This document shows, piece by piece, positions 18,403 through 28,394 of a stretch of 64,000 nt of DNA; positions within the stretch are counted from its first letter, which is position 1; every line of letters starts with the position of its first letter. Under the pieces are notes generated by a model. That model was not told where the DNA came from and did not search any database. It saw only the letters and a program-made list of their open reading frames with translations. Source of the DNA: a candidate division FCPU426 bacterium. Its GTDB lineage: Bacteria > Oederibacteriota > Muellerivitia > Muellerivitales > Muellerivitaceae. The stretch lies in the NCBI GenBank assembly GCA_963771075.1, contig CAVYSE010000011.1:352001-416000 (forward strand). Reading direction: 5' to 3'. Made by a program: the position numbers and the translations under genes.

Positions 18403-20766
18403 ATGATGGGACGATGGTTCATTTTCCTGGGCGGGTTTCTTTCCCTTTTTGGGGCGGCATTAGCGGCGCAGGCACAGCTTGTTCTGCCCGATGCCGTTTC
18501 GAACCAGGCTGGTGTTTACAGCTTGTCAGGAAGAATTTTAGAAAAGGGAAATAAAAACCCGGTGTTGGGCGGCAGTCTTTACCTGGAACCCCTGGGTAAC
18601 ACGTTGTCCTCCACCGCCAATCTCGCGTCTTCCCCCCAGGTCCTGACCGTAGAAGCGGACCTGAAAGGCCGTTTCCAAATTTCGGTGCCGGCGGGTTTAT
18701 ACCGGCTTATCGCGGCGGGGGAGGGCTATAAGAAAATCAGCCTGGATGCTTTTTCCGTCACGCGCGACACCCATAGGGATTTTTACCTGGAGCGCGACGG
18801 GTTCACCCTGCCCGAGGTGGTGGTCACGACCAGCAAGATTCCCAAAACCCAGGTCAGCCACGAGACCCTGTCGAAGGACGAACTGGTAGAGGTGCCGGGT
18901 ACCCAGGAAGACGTCCTCAAGGCCATCCAGACCCTGCCGGGGGTGGTCACCGCCGGCTCCCTCAACGGCCAATTGTTGGTGCGGGGCAGTGGGCCCAACG
19001 ACAACCAGTACTACGTGGACAACATCCCCATCGGCTATCCCTACCACTTCGGCATTGTCTCCACGCTTGATTCGAACCTGGTGAAGGACCTGGATTTTTA
19101 TGAGGGCGGGTTTGGCCCCCAATTCCCCAATTCCCTGGGCGGTCTGGTGGATGTGACCCAGCGGGATCCCCGGTCCGACCGGTGGGGTTTTCGCGCGGAC
19201 GTGAACATCTTCCTTTCCGAAATCGAAATGGAAGGTCCCATCACCTCCAACAGTTCGCTGTCCCTTTCCGGGAGGCGCAGTTACCTGGACTTGTTCGTGA
19301 AGGATTTTTCGGGCAACGCAGGCACCTTTGAGGTGCCTGATTTTGCCGACTACCAAGTGAAGTACAGCTATAACCCCTCTCCCCAAGTGCATTGGGATTT
19401 CGTGGCCTTGGGAAGCGCCGATTCTATCGGGGGGGATATCTCGGCCTCGGCCACCTTCGCGCTCAATGACCCGGACCTGGCGGGTAATTTCAATTTCACC
19501 AATGGTTACAACAACCAGGGCGTTAATTTTCGGGATCTTTCGGATGACCAGAACAAGGTTTCCAACAGCCTTTACCACACGGACAGTTACCTTAATTTTG
19601 CCCTCGGTCCCGGTCTTTTTGAGGACAATTCCATCGAGGATTTTGGTGACAAGTTTCAGGTCGTCCACGACTTTGACGCCGATACCAGCCTGACCGGGGG
19701 CCTGCAATATGACCATTTCATCAACTCGCTGAACGCTTATTGGGCGGCCTATACCGACCAAAATGGAAGACCCAATGAGACCTTCAATCTGACCACCTCC
19801 ACCAAAATCGCCTCCCAAGGAACCGTAAATTCGGATGATTTTTCGGCCCATCTGAATCAAAAGTTCGAAATGCTGGACAAAAAACTAGAGATTTCGGTGG
19901 GGGCCAGGGCTGATTACGTGAATTCGGATAATAAGGTCTTCGGCACGCCCCGGGCCGCGGTGGCCTATCATTTGGCGGGGGATACCACGCTCAAGGCCTC
20001 TTATGGTCTATATAACGAATCCCCTGACCGGTTATTAGGGGCACCCTACCTGGACGCCAACCTGGGCAATCCCCACTTGGCTCCAGAGCAATCAATGGAT
20101 ACCGTCCTGGGGGTGGAGCAAAAACTCGATGAGTCGGGTCTTCTCATCCGGGTGGAAGCCTATGACAAGACTTTTTCCAACCTCATCGTGGTGAGCCCGG
20201 TCATTACTCCTGGCCAGACCTACGTGAACACGGGAACGGGCGATGCCCAGGGTGTGGAATTTTTCCTACGGCAGCCCCCTACGGATCGGTTCTTTGGCTG
20301 GATCGCTTACTCGCTTTGTACTTCCAACCGGCAGGACTTGCCAGGTGGCAATAGCTATCCCTTTCAGTATGACGAGCCCAATTGCTTTACCGCCGTGGGA
20401 ACCTACAAACTCAACCCGGGTTGGGACATGGGGGTGAAGGTGCTCTACTCCACGGGCCTGCCCTATACTCCGGTCGCTTCCACGGGCGTGACCGCGGTGA
20501 CCGTGAGCGGCCAGCCCACCACGATCACCGTTCCCACCTATGCCGCCACTGATTCGGCCCGATTGCCGGATTATTTCCGGATGGATTTTTCCACCTCGCT
20601 CAAGACCGTCTATGACACCTGGGAATGGCGCTTTTACCTGGATATCGTGAACCTGTTGGGAACCCAGAACGTGCTGGGTTACAACTACAATCCCACCTAT
20701 ACCCAGAAGACGGCGGAGAACGACCTGCCTTTCCTGCCTTACCTGGGGTTTGAGGTGAAGTATTAA
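18403..20766 (+). CDS. TonB-dependent receptor with N-terminal carboxypeptidase-regulatory-like domain
   Basis: Signal peptide, EVVVT TonB-box-like motif, plug (LPGV, LLVRGSG, GGFGPQF), RLPDYFRMD, C-terminal aromatic residue. Confidence 0.9.
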   Translation: MMGRWFIFLGGFLSLFGAALAAQAQLVLPDAVSNQAGVYSLSGRILEKGNKNPVLGGSLYLEPLGNTLSSTANLASSPQVLTVEADLKGRFQISVPAGLYRLIAAGEGYKKISLDAFSVTRDTHRDFYLERDGFTLPEVVVTTSKIPKTQVSHETLSKDELVEVPGTQEDVLKAIQTLPGVVTAGSLNGQLLVRGSGPNDNQYYVDNIPIGYPYHFGIVSTLDSNLVKDLDFYEGGFGPQFPNSLGGLVDVTQRDPRSDRWGFRADVNIFLSEIEMEGPITSNSSLSLSGRRSYLDLFVKDFSGNAGTFEVPDFADYQVKYSYNPSPQVHWDFVALGSADSIGGDISASATFALNDPDLAGNFNFTNGYNNQGVNFRDLSDDQNKVSNSLYHTDSYLNFALGPGLFEDNSIEDFGDKFQVVHDFDADTSLTGGLQYDHFINSLNAYWAAYTDQNGRPNETFNLTTSTKIASQGTVNSDDFSAHLNQKFEMLDKKLEISVGARADYVNSDNKVFGTPRAAVAYHLAGDTTLKASYGLYNESPDRLLGAPYLDANLGNPHLAPEQSMDTVLGVEQKLDESGLLIRVEAYDKTFSNLIVVSPVITPGQTYVNTGTGDAQGVEFFLRQPPTDRFFGWIAYSLCTSNRQDLPGGNSYPFQYDEPNCFTAVGTYKLNPGWDMGVKVLYSTGLPYTPVASTGVTAVTVSGQPTTITVPTYAATDSARLPDYFRMDFSTSLKTVYDTWEWRFYLDIVNLLGTQNVLGYNYNPTYTQKTAENDLPFLPYLGFEVKY

Positions 20767-20925
20767 GGACCGGTTCATTTAATATGCGGAGGGGAGTCCC
20801 GAAAGGGCTGGGGGACTGAACGGGTTTGCCGAAACTTTTTTGTTCCATTCCAACCACCAAAGATATAGAAAGAATGTCCAATTGATCCGGTTGAACCGGG
20901 TTGGTTACTTCCAGGAGGATTGCCC

Positions 20926-22593
20926 ATGATTTCCGATACCGTGAAAAAAGGTTTGGACCGCGCCGGCCACCGGGGGCTATTGAAAGCCACGGGGGTGACG
21001 GACGCGGACATGAAAAAGCCCTTTATCGGGGTCGCCAATTCTTTCACGGATATAGTTCCCGGCCATACCCGGTTGAACAAACTGGCGGAAAAGGTCAAAA
21101 CGGCCATCCGGGAAGCGGGCGGGGTGCCCTTCGAGTTCAATACCATCGCGGTGGACGACGGGATCGCCATGGGCCACCTGGGGATGCGCTACTCCCTGGC
21201 AAGCCGGGAATTGATCGCCGACTCCGTCGAGACTATGGCCAAGGCCCATTGCTTTGACGGCATGGTTTGCCTCGCCAACTGCGACAAGATCACTCCCGGC
21301 ATGATCATGGGCGCCCTGCGGGTCAATATCCCCACCCTGTTCCTGACCGGCGGCCCCATGCAGGCGGGCACGGCGGCGGACGGCACCAAGCTGGACCTGA
21401 TCCATATCTTCGAGGGTGTGGGCAAGGTGCAGTCGGGCCAGATGACCGAGGCCCAATTGAAGGAAATCGAGGATAAGGCATGCCCCTCCTGCGGTTCCTG
21501 CTCGGGCATGTTTACCGCCAATTCCATGAACTGCTTATTGGAAGCGGTCGGCTTGGCCCTGCCGGGCAACGGCACCATTTTGGCGGTGGACCCAATCCGG
21601 GAATCCCTGATTCCCTTGGCCGCCACACGCATCATGGCCATGGTGGCTGAAAACGTGAGGCCGAGGGACCTGGTGACCTTGGAATCCATGGACAACGCTT
21701 TCGCGCTCGACATGGCCATGGGGGGTTCTACCAACACGGTATTACATGCCCTGGCGATCGCCATCGAAGCGGGGCTGGATTACCCTTTGGAACGCATCAA
21801 TGAAATTTCCGCGCGCACCCCCTGCCTTTGCAAGGTCTCGCCCTCGCGCATGGACGTTCATATGGAGGACGTGGATAGGGCCGGGGGGATCAGTGGAATC
21901 TTGAAAGAATTGGCCCGCAAGCCGGGGGCGTTGAATTTGAACAGGCCGACGGTGACGGGTAAGACCCTGGGTGAGAACGTGGCGGGAGCCAAGAGCCCGG
22001 ACGGCAACGTAATCCGCACGGTCGAAAAACCTTTCACACTGGACGGGGGCCTGGCGGTACTCTTCGGCAACCTGGCGCCCAAGGGCGCGGTGATCAAGAC
22101 CGCGGGGGTTGACCCCGAATGCTGGGTGTTCGAGGGCAAGGCGGTGGTCTTTAACACGCAGGATGACTGCCTGGCGGCTTTGGCCAAACGGGCCATCCAG
22201 CCGGGGGACGTGGTGGTCCTCCGCTATGAGGGACCCAAGGGCGGGCCCGGGATGCCGGAAATGCTATCCCCGACTTCCATGATCAAGGGGCAGGGGCTAG
22301 GGAAGAAAGTTGCCTTGATCACCGACGGACGATTTTCAGGCGGAACCTCCGGCACCTGCCTGGGGCATATCAGCCCCGAGGCCGCTGAAGGCGGCCCCAT
22401 CGCGTTGGTGAAGGACGGGGATCGAATCCTGATCGATATTCCCAAAAGGACCCTGACACTGAAGGCGGAGGAGGGGGAATTAAAGCGCAGGCAGGAGGCT
22501 TGGAAGGCGCCCGAACCTAAGATCAAGACGGGTTGGCTGGGTCGCTACGCGCGAATGGTGACGAGCGCGAACAGGGGCGCGGTGCTGGAATAA
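20926..22593 (+). CDS. ilvD: Dihydroxy-acid dehydratase
   Basis: [42 protein letters not shown] and LITDGRFSG motifs. Confidence 0.98.
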   Translation: MISDTVKKGLDRAGHRGLLKATGVTDADMKKPFIGVANSFTDIVPGHTRLNKLAEKVKTAIREAGGVPFEFNTIAVDDGIAMGHLGMRYSLASRELIADSVETMAKAHCFDGMVCLANCDKITPGMIMGALRVNIPTLFLTGGPMQAGTAADGTKLDLIHIFEGVGKVQSGQMTEAQLKEIEDKACPSCGSCSGMFTANSMNCLLEAVGLALPGNGTILAVDPIRESLIPLAATRIMAMVAENVRPRDLVTLESMDNAFALDMAMGGSTNTVLHALAIAIEAGLDYPLERINEISARTPCLCKVSPSRMDVHMEDVDRAGGISGILKELARKPGALNLNRPTVTGKTLGENVAGAKSPDGNVIRTVEKPFTLDGGLAVLFGNLAPKGAVIKTAGVDPECWVFEGKAVVFNTQDDCLAALAKRAIQPGDVVVLRYEGPKGGPGMPEMLSPTSMIKGQGLGKKVALITDGRFSGGTSGTCLGHISPEAAEGGPIALVKDGDRILIDIPKRTLTLKAEEGELKRRQEAWKAPEPKIKTGWLGRYARMVTSANRGAVLE

Positions 22594-22608
22594 AGAAACT
22601 TTCCAATA

Positions 22609-22701
22609 TTCACCACAGAGGCACGGAGACGCAGTTAAGAACCTGAAAAATCCGGATAAACAAATTGTCATTAAAAACTATCCCGCTATGTCTCTGTCAC
22701 C
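22609..22701. repeat. Octamer inverted-repeat element
   Basis: Left arm ttcaccacagaggcacggagacgcag; degenerate right arm ctatgtctctgtc. Confidence 0.65.
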
Positions 22702-22789
22702 TTTTTGCATGAAAGCCAAAGAAAACGGAACAATGCTGAACTCATAATGAAATTTATAGAAGGTCAGCATGGAGTGAGGGGGGAGTCTC

Positions 22790-24001
22790 TTAATTCTGCT
22801 TATATCCCATGAATTTTTCGATTCGGTCATTCTTGGCGTCGGCAACGTAAAGGAAGCCGTTGAAATCCACCGCCAGGCCTGAAAGCCCGTTGAAGTCCCC
22901 CGGCTGGGTGCCAAACCGGCCCCAGGAACCCAATGGCTTCAATTGGGTGTCCAAAACCTGCACCCGGTAGTTGCCGCTGTCCGCCGCGTAGAGCCTGCCT
23001 GTCTTATCAAAAGCCAAACCTTGGACCTTGTGGAATTGGCCCACTTCGGAACCGAAGGTCCCCGTCTGGGCGATAAAATTACCCTCCGGGTCGAACTTTT
23101 GAATCCTTTCGGAGTAATCCGCGACATAGACGTTTCCGTCGGGGTCGACCGCGATGCCGTGGGGCTGGAAGAACATTCCGTGATCCTTGCCGTTTGATCC
23201 CCAGGTCTTGACGCATTTTCCGTCCGTATCAAATTTCTGAACGCGGTTATTATCCATGTCGGTGACGTAAATCTCGTCTTTGGAGCTGATGGCGATTCCC
23301 CAGGGTTGTTTGAACATTCCAGGGTCGGCTCCCAGGCTTCCCCACCCATTTAGATAAACCCCGTTCAAGTCGAATTTCTGGATTCGGTTGTTTTGTGAAT
23401 CAACGACGTATAGGAATTCTTTGGAATCGACAGCCAGTTCGATGGGACCGGTGAATTGCCCGACCGCCGCGCCCGGGCCGCCCCAAGCCGACATGAAATT
23501 TCCATTCGGGTCGAACTTTTCGATCCGGTTGTTGTCCCGGTCCGTCAGGTACAAGTTCCCATTGTGGTCCGTCGCGACACCCAAGGGCATGCGCATGTCT
23601 CCTGGATCGGATCCCTCTTCCCCGAAAGTGAAGATGCATTTGGGGCTGGGATGCATGGCCTGGTTGATGAAGTTATTTCCCAACATCAGGAAAATTAAGA
23701 AGGCCACGATCAACACGGAGAGGATGATAAGGGTGGTTTTGCTGATGAAAGGCTTGGCTGGAGTCGCGGGTTTTTCTTCCCCTAAAACAGGGGAGGGGAC
23801 GTTTTTTTCGGGTTGATCGACATGTTCTGGGGCGACTTGTTCCGCGGCAGGGGAAGTGTCAGGCGGAGCCGGGGATGATAAGGGTGCCTCAACGGGCTGG
23901 GTGGCCGAGTGGCGTTGGTTCCATTTCGCGAAGACCAAACCGCAACTTTCACAATCGGTACGGGTTTCGGCCTGTTCAAAACCGCAACCGGGGCACTTCA
24001 T
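22790..24001 (-). CDS. Zn-ribbon/TM-anchored NHL-repeat beta-propeller protein
   Basis: N-terminal CPGCG...CESCG, Pro-rich linker, one TM helix, six NHL repeats (PxGIAVD...YVxDxxNxRIQKF). Confidence 0.9.
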   Translation of the reverse strand: MKCPGCGFEQAETRTDCESCGLVFAKWNQRHSATQPVEAPLSSPAPPDTSPAAEQVAPEHVDQPEKNVPSPVLGEEKPATPAKPFISKTTLIILSVLIVAFLIFLMLGNNFINQAMHPSPKCIFTFGEEGSDPGDMRMPLGVATDHNGNLYLTDRDNNRIEKFDPNGNFMSAWGGPGAAVGQFTGPIELAVDSKEFLYVVDSQNNRIQKFDLNGVYLNGWGSLGADPGMFKQPWGIAISSKDEIYVTDMDNNRVQKFDTDGKCVKTWGSNGKDHGMFFQPHGIAVDPDGNVYVADYSERIQKFDPEGNFIAQTGTFGSEVGQFHKVQGLAFDKTGRLYAADSGNYRVQVLDTQLKPLGSWGRFGTQPGDFNGLSGLAVDFNGFLYVADAKNDRIEKFMGYKQN

Positions 24002-24240
24002 AAGCACCTCTTAAGAATAGAAATTAAGGATTTTCCCCGTACAAACGGCTTCCACAGGTTAATTATACAGTTGAATCGTTTACCAAAACTGTCTTTTTGG
24101 AGAGGGTTAAGCCATAAAATGGCTTATTTATTTAAAAAAAGTTTCAAACCCGCCTTGTCGTTTTACCTGAATCCATCTTCATTAGGTGGGAATGGCCTGG
24201 TTGGTCCTCTCGATTCGGGAGTGTGATATTACTCTTTTAT

Positions 24241-24263
24241 TGTAATACTCTACATATTTGTAG
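24241..24263. promoter_or_regulatory. Putative nitrogen-regulon UAS
   Basis: TGT-aatactct-ACA-tatt-TGTAG, containing the perfect-arm palindrome CTACA-N4-TGTAG. Confidence 0.6.
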
Positions 24264-24328
24264 TATCGCTTGTTTTTAAAAACACTTTAATAACAACAGT
24301 TTTGGGCCGCTTTTGGAATTTACACGAA

Positions 24329-24344
24329 TGGCATGTTGTTTGCT
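24329..24344 (+). promoter_or_regulatory. sigma54 promoter for the porin gene
   Basis: TGGCATGTTGTTTGCT. Confidence 0.8.
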
Positions 24345-24431
24345 TTTCGTTAGGCCGTGTTGGTGGTCGAAAGGTTCTTCCCTGAGGAACCCTTCGGATT
24401 TTGGGATGGAAATTATTCTTAGGAGGATGAG

Positions 24432-25625
24432 ATGAGTAAGTTCAAAAAGTTGTTCAGCTTATTGGCCTCGATCGCGCTCTCGAGCGTGATGGCTCCGGCC
24501 TTGGCGCAGACGGCGGCGACTACGCCAGCCGCTGCTGCTGCGGCGACACCTACGCCGGTGCCGACCCCGGCCGTGACGGTGGATGGTTTGGTGGATGCTT
24601 ATTATTCGTACAATTTCACCAACCCGGGAACGAGTTCTTCGACGGCGGGCAAGAACACGGGTTATTTCTATAACTCGGCCACCGATTCATTCACTTTGGG
24701 TTTGGCGGAAGCCAAGATAACCGCCACCCAAGGCGCGGCCAGCGGCCATTTGGTTTTGGGGTACGGAGAAGAATCTTCGTTGAACATCGGCGCGGCTCCT
24801 GGAATTGATGTCCTGCAAGCCTATGTGTCCTACAACCCCGGGCAATGGACATTCAATTTCGGGAAATTCGTCACCTGGATGGGATATGAGGTGATCGAAT
24901 CCACAGGCAACATGAACTACAGCCATTCACTGTTGTTCGGTGCCTTGCCCTTCTGGCATACCGGTTTCAGCGCGAACTATGCCCCCTCTTCGACATTCAA
25001 TGCGACTGTGTACGTGACTGACGGGGACAACACCACGAACGCCACCCCATTGGGCAAAACCTACGGGTTGGAACTGGGCATCACGCCCAATTCCATGTGG
25101 ACCATCACCTTGAACGGGATCCTGTCTCCCTTCACAGAGCCTGTCTCCTTCACTACGCAAAACTCGTTCACAGGTGAGGCCATCATCGGGTACAAGCCCG
25201 ATGGCAACTGGTCCTTCGCCTTGGACGGCCAATATGGAATGTGGAGCATGCCTTCCGGGATTGATTCGCCCAGCTACTTCGGGGCGGCCCTCTATGGCAA
25301 ATACCAAATTCAGAGTGACTATTCTGCCGCTCTGCGTTTGGAATACCTGAATGACTCGGAGAACACGGCTTATGCCCTCGGCAGTGGAGGCAGCCTCTAT
25401 GGCAACGGAGATGCTTCCGGCAAGAGCGACGGGTTCACGGGAATGGAAGCCACTTTGACCCTGGAACACGACTTCACGCCGAACATGATCGCCCGACTGG
25501 AGGGCCGGATCGACATGGCCACCGACAGCGCCACGGGCGGAACGAACGATGTGTTCGCCACCGGCACAACGTCTTTGTCTTCCAGCATGGTCACTGGAAC
25601 AGCAAGCGTAGCTTACACGTTCTAA
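24432..25625 (+). CDS. Outer-membrane beta-barrel porin (BBP2/OmpL-like)
   Basis: Signal peptide; VDAYYSYNF, QAYVSY, GKFVTWMGYEVIES, NYSHS, PFWHTG; C-terminal YTF. Confidence 0.85.
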   Translation: MSKFKKLFSLLASIALSSVMAPALAQTAATTPAAAAAATPTPVPTPAVTVDGLVDAYYSYNFTNPGTSSSTAGKNTGYFYNSATDSFTLGLAEAKITATQGAASGHLVLGYGEESSLNIGAAPGIDVLQAYVSYNPGQWTFNFGKFVTWMGYEVIESTGNMNYSHSLLFGALPFWHTGFSANYAPSSTFNATVYVTDGDNTTNATPLGKTYGLELGITPNSMWTITLNGILSPFTEPVSFTTQNSFTGEAIIGYKPDGNWSFALDGQYGMWSMPSGIDSPSYFGAALYGKYQIQSDYSAALRLEYLNDSENTAYALGSGGSLYGNGDASGKSDGFTGMEATLTLEHDFTPNMIARLEGRIDMATDSATGGTNDVFATGTTSLSSSMVTGTASVAYTF

Positions 25626-25802
25626 GTTTTGTTGAAAAATTACTCTGGAAGCCCGGCGTCAACGCCGGGCCCGGGGGTAAGGGCTCCGAGGAACCCTTAC
25701 CTACGGTGAATCTGGGAAAATTAGACGGGATTTAAGGAGACCACGAGAGAAAAGGCAGTTGGTTTAAAGTTTCCATTCTCTCTCTCTCCCTTCTGGGGCA
25801 AA

Positions 25803-25840
25803 GGGGGGTCAGCCCGGCCAAGGCTGGCCCCTCTGTTGTT
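25803..25840 (+). terminator. Terminator-like hairpin
   Basis: gggggtcagcc/ggctggcccct stem followed by T-rich tail. Confidence 0.55.
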
Positions 25841-25841
25841 T

Positions 25842-25876
25842 GTCGGCAGTCGACAGTCCGCTGTTGACAGTTCGCA
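25842..25876. repeat. Heptamer tandem repeat (GTYGRCA-like x5)
   Basis: gtcggca gtcgaca gtccgct gttgaca gttcgca. Confidence 0.75.
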
Positions 25877-25930
25877 GATTAGACGTTAAAAGCCTGACGA
25901 TTGACAGACAAGCGCGAACTGGAGTCAACC

Positions 25931-26302
25931 ATGTTTAAAATTGAAGCTATTATTCGGCCCGAGAAATTGGAGGCCGTTCAACTCAAATTGCGCAAGATCG
26001 GCTATCCCGGCATGATGGTCACCGAAATGGAAGGCCATGGCCGCCAGAAAGGACTGCACTCCGGCTGGCCGGATTCCCTCCGGGTCAATTTTCTCCCCAA
26101 AACCAAGCTGGAGATCGTCGTGGAAAAACGTCATCTCAACGCGGTTATCCAGGCGATCCTCAAGGGGGCGCGCACGGGGGAGATGGGCGACGGAAAGATT
26201 TTCATCATTGAGATCAAGAACGCCATCCGTATCCGTACGGGGGAGCGGGGTTCGACGGCCATTTCAATGAAAGAAAAGGCTGAAAAACCCAAAAAGAAAT
26301 AA
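25931..26302 (+). CDS. PII-family protein with divergent T-loop and Lys-rich tail
   Basis: KIEAIIRPEKL, GHGRQKG, TGEMGDGKIF, RIRTGE; GGAG SD. Confidence 0.92.
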   Translation: MFKIEAIIRPEKLEAVQLKLRKIGYPGMMVTEMEGHGRQKGLHSGWPDSLRVNFLPKTKLEIVVEKRHLNAVIQAILKGARTGEMGDGKIFIIEIKNAIRIRTGERGSTAISMKEKAEKPKKK

Positions 26303-26407
26303 ATTTTTCCACCTTACTGTTTAAAGAGAGCCTCCTACGGGTGGTTTCAATTTGTTTTGGTTTTTAGTACGATACCGCCCACGTTTTACCACCCGGAGGT
26401 TTTGCCC

Positions 26408-26860
26408 ATGACCCAGGCCTTTCCCACCCCTTATGTCTTTGTTTACGATGTTTTTTTGAAGGACGCGGTCAAACATGTGAAAATCGCCTCCTATATCAAG
26501 ACCTGGGCGCGTGCCGAGATGCCGGGTAAGCTTTACCAAATACCCACGGGCTTGCCCCTTGCCATCGATGAACCCGGGGCGGTCATATATGGGGAAGTGA
26601 TGAGTTTTGAGTCTATGGAAGAGGTGATGGCGGTCATCGACGCACAGGAAGGCTATCGCCCGGATGCCCCCCAATCGAGCCGGTTGATCCGGGAAGTCCG
26701 TGAAGTGACGGTATCCGCTACCGGCGAGAAATTGCAGGCCATGGTTTACCTATACCCCAAGGAAAAATTCAACGCCAAGGAAATGTACGCGGTGCTGGCA
26801 CACGGGGGCGATTGGCGGAAGTTCATCATGATGCCCCGGTTCGACGGGTACCAACATTAA
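26408..26860 (+). CDS. Gamma-glutamylcyclotransferase (AIG2-like) family protein
   Basis: YVFVY, GKLY, IYGEV, IDAQEGY, AMVYLY and GDWR pattern; GGAGG SD. Confidence 0.7.
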   Translation: MTQAFPTPYVFVYDVFLKDAVKHVKIASYIKTWARAEMPGKLYQIPTGLPLAIDEPGAVIYGEVMSFESMEEVMAVIDAQEGYRPDAPQSSRLIREVREVTVSATGEKLQAMVYLYPKEKFNAKEMYAVLAHGGDWRKFIMMPRFDGYQH

Positions 26861-26865
26861 AGGCA

Positions 26866-26886
26866 GCTGGCAGTCGGCGGTCGACA
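26866..26886. repeat. Heptamer tandem repeat x3
   Basis: gctggca gtcggcg gtcgaca. Confidence 0.6.
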
Positions 26887-26913
26887 GCAAGGCAAAAGCG
26901 AAAACCACAAGTC

Positions 26914-26943
26914 CAAAAGGGTACGGGGAACCGTACCCTTTTG
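26914..26943 (+). terminator. Intrinsic terminator
   Basis: caaaagggtacgg-ggaa-ccgtacccttttg. Confidence 0.8.
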
Positions 26944-26978
26944 TTTTATACTCGGCTTTTTAAATAAGGGTTACCCGA

Positions 26979-27770
26979 TTGATCTTGAAAATCGCCTTTC
27001 TTTATTTCGGCTATATGGCATGGGGTTGCTTTGCCCTTTTGCCCCTCGTTTCCCTTCGGGAGATTGGGCAGGGATTTTACCGATTCTTCGGTTTTCTTTG
27101 CGCGGCACTCGCGACCCTTTCCATCGGTATTGCGATCTATGAGTGGGCGGGACTGGGGGAAACTTACCGGTCCTCCTCCTGCGCCTTAAGCGCCTTCCTT
27201 TTTTTCAACCTTTGCTTCACGGCCGCTTTAAAGGCGAGGGCGCGTGCTTTACTTTGGTCAGTTTGGGCATTGGGGTTGGCCAGCGGGATATTGGCCTTGG
27301 CCATTTACCCCTGGTCGACCCTGAACCAAGGGTTTTTATTGGGGTTCGACGCGGTTTCCTCCGCACTTGTTTTGGGAGCGGGCATCCTGGCCATGATGCT
27401 GGGCCATTGGTATCTGGTGACTCCCAAATTGTCGATCAAACCCTTGAAGCGGTATTCAGCGGCCTATATCCTTCTGACGGTTTTTACAGCCCTAAAACTT
27501 CTTTTGAGTTATCACCTCGCCGTGGGTTGGGGGTCGGAACCGGTCACCCCAGAGGGCGCCCGGTTAATGGGGGACGACCTGGTCTTCATGCTTTTTCGGG
27601 TCACCTGGGGCGTGATGGCGCCACTCGCGGGGGCGTACTTTATCTGGGAAACGGTCAAGATCAAATCCACCCAATCGGCCACAGGCATTCTTTACGCCTC
27701 CATGGTTTGCACAATCATTGGGGAAGGGATGGGACTCTTTTTGACGCTTTCGACGGGAGTACCGTTTTAG
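26979..27770 (+). CDS. Hypothetical multi-pass membrane protein (MMLGHWYL / STQSATGILY motifs)
   Basis: About 8 TM segments; TTG start. Confidence 0.7.
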   Translation: MILKIAFLYFGYMAWGCFALLPLVSLREIGQGFYRFFGFLCAALATLSIGIAIYEWAGLGETYRSSSCALSAFLFFNLCFTAALKARARALLWSVWALGLASGILALAIYPWSTLNQGFLLGFDAVSSALVLGAGILAMMLGHWYLVTPKLSIKPLKRYSAAYILLTVFTALKLLLSYHLAVGWGSEPVTPEGARLMGDDLVFMLFRVTWGVMAPLAGAYFIWETVKIKSTQSATGILYASMVCTIIGEGMGLFLTLSTGVPF

Positions 27771-27911
27771 TTGGAAGTTGGCGGTTCGCAGTCGGCAGCT
27801 TAAAACTTAAATCAAAGACGAAACAAAGGTGCATTTAGTGGACAAGAATATTTTCCTTCGGTTTTCGGGGGTTGGGTTTTTACTGCCAACTGCGAACTGT
27901 CGACTGTCGAC
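27770..27911. repeat. Heptamer inverted-repeat element
   Basis: Left arm 27770-27797 (gttggaa gttggcg gttcgca gtcggca); right arm 27884-27911 (tgccaac tgcgaac tgtcgac tgtcgac). Confidence 0.8.
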
Positions 27912-27920
27912 GGGTGTCTA

Positions 27921-28394
27921 ATGGAAATAAATACCTTTTGCCCGGAATGCGAAAACGGCTTATTCCTATCCGAAATGCCTAAGCCTGGCTTGGTACCTTG
28001 CTCCAAGTGTGGAAAAGGGAGGGAAGCCAAAGGGAATGGCAGGCTTGCGAAAGACGGTTCGGTTGAAAAGTGCGGCCTTTGCGGATGCGAGGAATTTTAC
28101 CGTCTGAAGGATTTCAACACCAAATTGGGTTTATGGACGGTGGTGTTGATATTTGCTTTGGCCCTGATCTTTGAGAAATGGTTCTTTCCAATATTAATAG
28201 CCGGAGCGGTATTGGATTTGGCCTTGTACTTCCTGCTTCCGGATGTGGTGGAGTGCTACGATTGCAAGGCAGTCTACCGTGGGTTACCCTTTTCGCCGGA
28301 CCACAAGGGGTTTGACCTGGCGATTCACGATAAATACGTTTTTAAGAAAAAAAGCAGGACAAACATGCAAAATAAGGAAGTCACCCATGACTGA
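27921..28394 (+). CDS. Zn-ribbon membrane protein (four CxxC motifs, 2 TM)
   Basis: CPEC, CSKC, CGLC and CYDC. Confidence 0.75.
   Translation: MEINTFCPECENGLFLSEMPKPGLVPCSKCGKGREAKGNGRLAKDGSVEKCGLCGCEEFYRLKDFNTKLGLWTVVLIFALALIFEKWFFPILIAGAVLDLALYFLLPDVVECYDCKAVYRGLPFSPDHKGFDLAIHDKYVFKKKSRTNMQNKEVTHD

Noticed and set aside
20767..20925. Attenuator leader peptide or T-box for ilvD
   Set aside because: The short ORF is not Ile/Leu/Val-rich and no T-box motif is seen.
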